From: Tepidiforma sp.
GTDB taxonomy: Bacteria > Chloroflexota > Dehalococcoidia > Tepidiformales > Tepidiformaceae
Length of the DNA stretch: 64,000 nucleotides
Direction: 5' to 3'
NCBI RefSeq assembly: GCF_034432735.1
Contig: NZ_DAOUBJ010000071.1
Span: 1,259 to 65,258 of the forward strand
The stretch's first letter is position 1. The number at the start of each line of letters is the position of its first letter. The position numbers and the translations under genes were made by a program. Below, in pieces: positions 58,605 to 64,000 of this stretch. Under the pieces are notes generated by a model. The model saw only the letters and a list, made by a program, of their open reading frames with translations. It was not told the origin of the DNA and made no database searches.

Positions 58605-59147
58605 TCAGGACCTCCGGACTGGTTCGAGACGGGACTGGATAGCGGCGACGAGGTCGGCGGGGGACTCGACGGTCAGGCGAAGCCGGTGGGCTTGGACTCG
58701 TGCGACTCCGGGGAGCACCGTCACCTGTTGGGGGGCTCGGAAGGCGACTTCTGCGCAAGGCCCGGGCAGGGTTGCGAGCGCGACGCTGCCGCCCGGCGTG
58801 AGGCGGATTCCGAGGCCGTGCCAGAGCGGATGGCGTGCGAGCTCAGCGCTGGCGACGTCGGACCAGGGGATGGTCCGGTCGAGCGCGATGGGGAAGCGGA
58901 TGGAGAGCCCGGCTGAGGACGGTCGGACGCCCGCTGCGGGGAGGCGGGCAGCCATGGCGCCGACCAGCGCCGCGGCAGCGAGGAAGACAGGCACAAGCAG
59001 CAGTGGAAGGAGGGAGCCGGTGCGCGCTGCACTCACGGTGCCGGTGATAACGAGCGCGGCGAACAGGACCGTGGAGCTCCAGAGGAATGCCGCCCCAGCA
59101 CCCCGGCCGCGGAAGGGGAATGCCGCGGAATACGCGTGGTCAGGCAT
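58605..59147 (-). CDS. hypothetical membrane protein (two TM helices plus PH-like C-terminal domain)
   Basis: ATG at 59147 overlaps the pgk stop. 180 aa. The hydrophobic segments are FLWSSTVLFAALVITG and LLPLLLVPVFLAAAALVGAM. No family recognised. Confidence 0.5.
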   Translation of the reverse strand: MPDHAYSAAFPFRGRGAGAAFLWSSTVLFAALVITGTVSAARTGSLLPLLLVPVFLAAAALVGAMAARLPAAGVRPSSAGLSIRFPIALDRTIPWSDVASAELARHPLWHGLGIRLTPGGSVALATLPGPCAEVAFRAPQQVTVLPGVARVQAHRLRLTVESPADLVAAIQSRLEPVRRS

Positions 59148-60327
59148 CGAGCAGTGCGGCGACGCCGGGGAGGGTCTTGCCCTCGAGCATTTCGAGGGAA
59201 GCTCCCCCACCCGTGGAGACGTGGGTGAAGCGGCCTTGGAGCCCGGAGGCGACGACGACGGCGGCGGTCTCTCCGCCCCCGACGACGGTGACTGCGTCGA
59301 GATTGGCGACGGCGCGGGCAAGTTCGAACGAACCGTTGGCGAATGGCTCCATTTCGAAGACGCCCATTGGGCCGTTCCAGATGACCGCTTTGGCGGGCTG
59401 GAGGGCTTCGGTATACTGGCGGACCGTCTCTGGGCCGATGTCGAGGATGAGGTAGCCTTGGGGCACGCTGTCGACGGTGACGGTGGTCGTTTCGGCGTCG
59501 GGGGCGAAACGGCTCGCGGCGACGACATCGACGGGTAGGTGGATTCGGATACCGCGAGATGCCGCTTCGCGCATGACCTGGCGCGCGGATTCGAGGAGCT
59601 CGTCTTCGACGAGCGAGGCGCCGACGTGGAAGCCGCTGGCCTTCAGGAAGGTGTTGGCCATGCCGCCGCCGATGAGGAGGAGGTCGATCTTCGGGAGGAG
59701 GTGTTGGATGGCGGGGAGCTTGCTGCTGACCTTGGCACCGCCAATGAGGGCGGCGAAGGGGTGTGGCGGATTGGCGACGAGGGCGCCGAGGTAGCGCACC
59801 TCTTTTTCCATGAGCAGGCCCGCGACGGCGGGGAGGTAGTGGGTGATGCCTTCGGTGGAGGCATGGGCGCGATGGGCGGCGCCGAAGGCATCGTTGACGA
59901 AGAGGTCGGCGAGCCGGGCGAGCTGGCGGGCAAACTCGGGGTCGTTCTTTTCTTCTTCGGGATGGAACCGGAGGTTTTCGAGGAGGAGGACGTGATGGCC
60001 CATGGAGGCGACCGCGGCCTCGGCGACGGGCCCGACGCAGTCTTCGGCGAAGAGGACTTCGCGGCCGAGGAGGTTCGCCATGCGACCCGCGACGGGGGCG
60101 AGGGAGAGGGCCGGATCGGGGCCTTTGGGGCGGCCGAGATGGGAGCAGACGATGACCTGGGCGCCGTGTTCGAGCAGGTACTGGATGGTGGGGAGGGATT
60201 CGCGGATGCGGGTGTCGTCGGTGATGACGCCGTTGTCGAGCGGGACGTTGAGGTCGGCGCGCACGAGGACGCGTCGGGCGCGAACGTCGACGTCGCGGAC
60301 GGTCTTTTTCCCGATGCTCGGGGTCAC
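59140..60327 (-). CDS. pgk: phosphoglycerate kinase
   Basis: GTG start at 60327 overlaps the rpiB stop (GTGA). RVLVRADLNVPL, SHLGRPKG and the C-terminal STGGGASLE motif. Confidence 0.9.
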   Translation of the reverse strand: MTPSIGKKTVRDVDVRARRVLVRADLNVPLDNGVITDDTRIRESLPTIQYLLEHGAQVIVCSHLGRPKGPDPALSLAPVAGRMANLLGREVLFAEDCVGPVAEAAVASMGHHVLLLENLRFHPEEEKNDPEFARQLARLADLFVNDAFGAAHRAHASTEGITHYLPAVAGLLMEKEVRYLGALVANPPHPFAALIGGAKVSSKLPAIQHLLPKIDLLLIGGGMANTFLKASGFHVGASLVEDELLESARQVMREAASRGIRIHLPVDVVAASRFAPDAETTTVTVDSVPQGYLILDIGPETVRQYTEALQPAKAVIWNGPMGVFEMEPFANGSFELARAVANLDAVTVVGGGETAAVVVASGLQGRFTHVSTGGGASLEMLEGKTLPGVAALLDA

Positions 60328-60791
60328 GGCTGGACGACCTTGGCGGCGATCCCACGCTGTTCGACTGCGTGGAGCTTGGCGATGCGGCGTTCGTGGCGGC
60401 CGCCTTCGAACCGGTTCGTGAGGAAGGCGCGCAGGATATCCTCGGCGACGCCCCGGCCTATCTCCCAGGCTCCGAGGGCGAGCATGTTGGCATCGACGTG
60501 CTGGCGGGCTCTGGCAGCGCCCCAGCTCGTGTGGCAGAGGGCGCACCGGATACCCGGGACTTTGTTGGCCGTGATGCTGATGCCGACGCCATTGGAGCAG
60601 AGGACGATGCCGAGGTCGGCGCGGCCATCGAGGACGGCCTGGGCGACGGCCTCGGCGAAATCTGGGTAGTCGACGGAGTCTGGGCTGTGGGTGCCGAGGT
60701 CGAGTACGTCGTGGCCGAGGTCGCGGGCGAAGGCTGCGAGGTGGTTTTTGAGTTCGAAGCCGGCGTGGTCGGCGCCGAAGGCGAGTTTCAC
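60324..60791 (-). CDS. rpiB: ribose-5-phosphate isomerase B
   Basis: 155 aa. FGADHAGFELK and LCSNGVGISITANK motifs. Confidence 0.9.
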   Translation of the reverse strand: MKLAFGADHAGFELKNHLAAFARDLGHDVLDLGTHSPDSVDYPDFAEAVAQAVLDGRADLGIVLCSNGVGISITANKVPGIRCALCHTSWGAARARQHVDANMLALGAWEIGRGVAEDILRAFLTNRFEGGRHERRIAKLHAVEQRGIAAKVVQP

Positions 60792-61438
60792 GGTCGAAGG
60801 CTCCTGCGGACGGGGATGGCGGCCAGGCCCAGTATACGGGCGAGGTCTGCTGCGGCGATGGCGCCTTCGCGCAGCACGACGGGTTCATCGGTGGAGAGGT
60901 CGATGACGGTGGAGTCGATGCCCTGGGCGGTGGGACCGGCGTCGATGGTCATGGCGCAGAATGGCCCGACCTGGCGGGCGGCTTCGTCGGCGGTGACGGG
61001 GCTGGGGCCGCCGTGGACGTTGGCGCTGGTGGCGGCGAGCGGGGCGCCGAGGGCATCGACGATATCGAGCACGATGTCGACGGGGACGATGCGAAAGCCG
61101 ACCGTGGTACCACCGGAGAGCGCTGGGCTGGACCAGCCGGGGCGGCAAGGCACGATGATCGTCCATGCGCCTGGTCCGAGGACTTCGACGAGCCTCAGGG
61201 CGGCAGGTGTGAGTTGGGCGTACCGTTCGAGCAGCGAAGTATCGCGTCCGAAGAGGAGCTGGAGCGGCTGGGATGGATCGCGCTGCTTGGCGCGGTAGAT
61301 GGCCTCTACCGCGTCGTCGCACCTGACGTCGGCGGCGATGCCGTAGACGGTGTCGGTGGGGAGGATGACGAGCTCGCCGGCTCTGAGCAGCTCGACGGCG
61401 CGGTCGATGAGGGACGGGTGGGGCTGATTCACGGGCAT
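60788..61438 (-). CDS. tsaC: L-threonylcarbamoyladenylate synthase (TsaC/YwlC/Sua5 family)
   Basis: 216 aa. ILPTDTVYGIAAD and SANVHG motifs. The stop overlaps the rpiB start. Confidence 0.85.
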   Translation of the reverse strand: MPVNQPHPSLIDRAVELLRAGELVILPTDTVYGIAADVRCDDAVEAIYRAKQRDPSQPLQLLFGRDTSLLERYAQLTPAALRLVEVLGPGAWTIIVPCRPGWSSPALSGGTTVGFRIVPVDIVLDIVDALGAPLAATSANVHGGPSPVTADEAARQVGPFCAMTIDAGPTAQGIDSTVIDLSTDEPVVLREGAIAAADLARILGLAAIPVRRSLRP

Positions 61439-61503
61439 GCGATGGGGTCCGTTGCCCGGACCCCTGCGGTCGGATAGCGTTCGCTTAGAGTGTAGCGTGT
61501 TCG

Positions 61504-63090
61504 ATGGCTGAGGTAGACGTTTCGACTTCTCCCGGCGCGCAGGATCCGGCGAAGCGGCACGAGAGCATCGTGGTGCTGGATTTTGGGTCGCAGTTTTCGA
61601 TGCTCATCGCGCGGCGGGTTCGTGAGCTCAATACGTATTGCGAGCTGCTGCCCTACGACGTGCCGCGGGAACGCCTGGCGGGGATGGACGTGCGGGGGGT
61701 TATCCTTTCGGGCGGGCCGAACAGTGTCTACGAGGCGGGGGCGCCGATGGCGCCGGATTGGGTATGGGAGTCGGGGCTGCCGGTGTTGGGGATTTGCTAC
61801 GGGATGCAGGCGATGGCGCACCAGCTGGGTGGGGTAGTTGCGCCGGGACTGGAGCGGGAGTACGGCCCGGCGATGGTGCATCGCGAGCACGCGGTGCCGC
61901 TGCTCGATGGGATTCCGGCGGATTTCGAGGTTTGGATGAGTCATGGCGACCGGATCGAGGTGCTGCCGCCGGGCTTTACGGGTTATGCGAGCACGGCGAA
62001 CTCGCCGCACGCGGTCATGGCCGATGTGGGGCGGAGATATTACGGGCTCCAGTTTCATCCGGAGGTAGTCCACACGCCGCGAGGGAGGGAGATTCTCCGG
62101 AACTTCGTGCAGAGGATCTGCGGTTGCGAGGGAACGTGGACGCCGGGCAACTTCATCGAGGAGACGGTCGCGGCTATCCGGGAGCAAGTCGGGAGCGGGC
62201 GGGTGATTTGCGGGCTTTCGGGGGGCGTCGACAGCGCGGTGGCGGCGGTTCTGGTGCACCGGGCGGTGGGTGAGCAGCTGTCGTGCATTTTCGTGGACAA
62301 CGGGCTCCTGCGGATGGGCGAGGCGGAGGAGGTGGTGACGACGTTTCGGAGGAACTTGGCCATCGATCTCGTCCATGTCGAGGCAGCGGAGGAGTTCCTG
62401 GCTCAACTCGCGGAGGTGACGAACCCAGAGACGAAGCGAGTTCGGATCGGGAACACGTTCGTCCGGGTGTTCGAACGGGAAGCGAGGAAGATTGCGGATG
62501 CGCGCTTTCTTTGCCAGGGGACGCTCTATCCGGACGTGATCGAGAGCGGCTCGCACGGGAAGGGTGCGAGCACGATCAAGACGCACCACAACGTGGGCGG
62601 GCTGCCGCCGGATATGAAGCTGGAGCTCGTCGAGCCGCTCCGGTATTTGTTCAAGGACGAGGTGCGGCGGATTGGCGAGGCGCTAGGGCTGCCGGAGGAG
62701 ATGGTGTGGCGACATCCCTTCCCGGGGCCGGGGCTTGCGATTCGGTGCATTGGCGAGGTCACGCGGGAGAAGCTGGACATTCTCCGCCGAGCCGACCGGG
62801 TGGTGATGGACGAGATCCGCGAGGCGGGCTTGTACCGGGACATTTGGCAGGCGTTCGCTGTCCTGACCGACACGAAGACGGTCGGGGTGATGGGCGATTA
62901 TCGGACGTACGGTTATGCGGTGGCAGTCCGGGCGGTGGTGGCCGACGACGCGATGACGGCGGACTGGGCACGGCTGCCGCACGAGCTTCTGTCGCGGATT
63001 TCGAACCGGATCGTGAACGAGGTCCCGGGGGTGAATAGGGTGGTCTACGACATCACGCCGAAGCCGCCTGGGACGATCGAGTGGGAGTAG
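61504..63090 (+). CDS. guaA: glutamine-hydrolysing GMP synthase
   Basis: 528 aa. GATase ICYGMQ, PP-loop GLSGGVDS and the C-terminal IEWE. Confidence 0.95.
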   Translation: MAEVDVSTSPGAQDPAKRHESIVVLDFGSQFSMLIARRVRELNTYCELLPYDVPRERLAGMDVRGVILSGGPNSVYEAGAPMAPDWVWESGLPVLGICYGMQAMAHQLGGVVAPGLEREYGPAMVHREHAVPLLDGIPADFEVWMSHGDRIEVLPPGFTGYASTANSPHAVMADVGRRYYGLQFHPEVVHTPRGREILRNFVQRICGCEGTWTPGNFIEETVAAIREQVGSGRVICGLSGGVDSAVAAVLVHRAVGEQLSCIFVDNGLLRMGEAEEVVTTFRRNLAIDLVHVEAAEEFLAQLAEVTNPETKRVRIGNTFVRVFEREARKIADARFLCQGTLYPDVIESGSHGKGASTIKTHHNVGGLPPDMKLELVEPLRYLFKDEVRRIGEALGLPEEMVWRHPFPGPGLAIRCIGEVTREKLDILRRADRVVMDEIREAGLYRDIWQAFAVLTDTKTVGVMGDYRTYGYAVAVRAVVADDAMTADWARLPHELLSRISNRIVNEVPGVNRVVYDITPKPPGTIEWE

Positions 63091-63094
63091 GGGA

Positions 63095-64000
63095 ATGAGC
63101 GCGAGGGTTTTGTTGGTGGGGAGCGGCGGAAGGGAGCATGCGGTGGCGTGGAAGCTTTCGCAATCTCCCCACGTTGGCGAGATTTTTGTGGCTCCGGGGA
63201 ACGCTGGGACCGCTCAGGTGGCGCGCAATTTGGACATCCGGCCGACGGATATCGACGGGCTGGTGCGCGCGGCGAAGGAGCACCGGGTCGATTTCTATTT
63301 GGCGACGATGGACGACCCCCAGCCGCTGGGGCTGGTGGACCGATTGTCGGCGGAGGGCGTTCTCTGTTACGGCCCCGTGGCGGCCGCGGCCCGCATCGAG
63401 GCGAGCAAAGCGTGGGCGAAGGCGTTCATGGAGCGGCATGGAATCCCGACGGCGCGGGGACGCTCGTTCGACCGATACGAGGAGGCGGCGGCGTGGGTGG
63501 AATCGCTGCCGGAGCAGCGGCTCTGGGTGAAGGCGTCGGGGCTTGCGGCCGGAAAGGGGGCCGTGGGCGCTGCGAACCGAGCAGAGGCGCTGGCGATTCT
63601 CCGTTCGATGCTGATCGAGCGGGCGTTCGGCGAAGCAGGGTCGACGGTGGTGGTGGAGGAGGAGCTCACCGGTTTCGAGACGAGTGCGCACGCGTTCTGC
63701 GATGGGACGACGGCGGTGCTGTGGCCCTTCGCGACGGACTACAAGCGGGCGCTGGACGGGGCCCAGGGGCCGAACACGGGCGGGATGGGGGCTTATGCTC
63801 CGACACGGGGGATGGACGAGCGTTTGGCTGACGTTGTCGAGAAGCGGGTGATCGCGCCGGTGCTGCGCGGGATGGCCGCCGAGGGGCATCCGTTCGTCGG
63901 GACGCTGTTCCCAGGCCTGATGGTCCGCGAGGGGGAGGTGAAGGTAATCGAATACAACGCTCGTTCGGGCGACCCCGAGACGCAAGTGCACATGTTGAGG
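63095..64000 (+). CDS. purD: phosphoribosylamine--glycine ligase (3' end outside window)
   Basis: Not in the ORF track because no stop lies within the window. ATG at 63095; the translation reads MSARVLLVGSGGREHAVAWKL ... IEYNARSGDPETQ. Confidence 0.9.
   Translation, partial: MSARVLLVGSGGREHAVAWKLSQSPHVGEIFVAPGNAGTAQVARNLDIRPTDIDGLVRAAKEHRVDFYLATMDDPQPLGLVDRLSAEGVLCYGPVAAAARIEASKAWAKAFMERHGIPTARGRSFDRYEEAAAWVESLPEQRLWVKASGLAAGKGAVGAANRAEALAILRSMLIERAFGEAGSTVVVEEELTGFETSAHAFCDGTTAVLWPFATDYKRALDGAQGPNTGGMGAYAPTRGMDERLADVVEKRVIAPVLRGMAAEGHPFVGTLFPGLMVREGEVKVIEYNARSGDPETQVHMLR

Overview
High-G+C, gene-dense bacterial chromosomal window with about 70 coding genes, many with overlapping stop/start codons, and 3 tRNAs. 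All calls come from reading the supplied ORF translations and the raw sequence against remembered family motifs; no database search was run. The gene content looks like an aerobic, F420- and B12-using, Thermomicrobia/Chloroflexota-like or actinobacterial organism, but the taxon cannot be proven from this window.

Main blocks:
- 1-5 kb: small enzymes, tRNA-Met and a membrane-anchored PhoD-like phosphatase.
- 5-9.3 kb: an acyl-CoA dehydrogenase, then a CopC gene and a CopC-CopD-cytochrome c fusion.
- 9.4-22.9 kb: an accessory-looking metabolic region. It holds an APH-type kinase with a small partner, four of the window's five luciferase-like (LLM) oxidoreductases (the fifth is at 3974-5068), two acetoacetate-decarboxylase-like paralogs, DegV and a D-aminoacylase.
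- 22.8-31.3 kb: a tightly coupled minus-strand gene string. It runs from a split B12 acyl-CoA mutase with MeaB, through three tandem VOC/epimerase paralogs, down to ftsB and tilS.
- 31.8-33.2 kb: an orphan atypical OmpR-type regulator.
- 34.8-38.0 kb: a small lower-G+C islet between tRNA-Phe and tRNA-Asn with a decayed serine-recombinase remnant.
- 39.5-42.7 kb: crotonyl-CoA carboxylase/reductase, an acyl-CoA dehydrogenase and a MaoC dehydratase.
- 44.4-50.8 kb: a ctaA-ctaB-coxB-coxA-coxC operon ending in an unusual subunit-IV/ABM/cupredoxin fusion.
- 50.9-53.5 kb: two tandem family III CoA-transferases.
- 53.5-64 kb: housekeeping genes (hflX, dapL, dapF, miaA, tpiA, pgk, rpiB, tsaC, guaA, purD).

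No CRISPR array, rRNA, intact mobile element or recognisable defence system was seen. The most interesting items are unusual domain fusions and uncharacterised gene cassettes, not a clearly new system.
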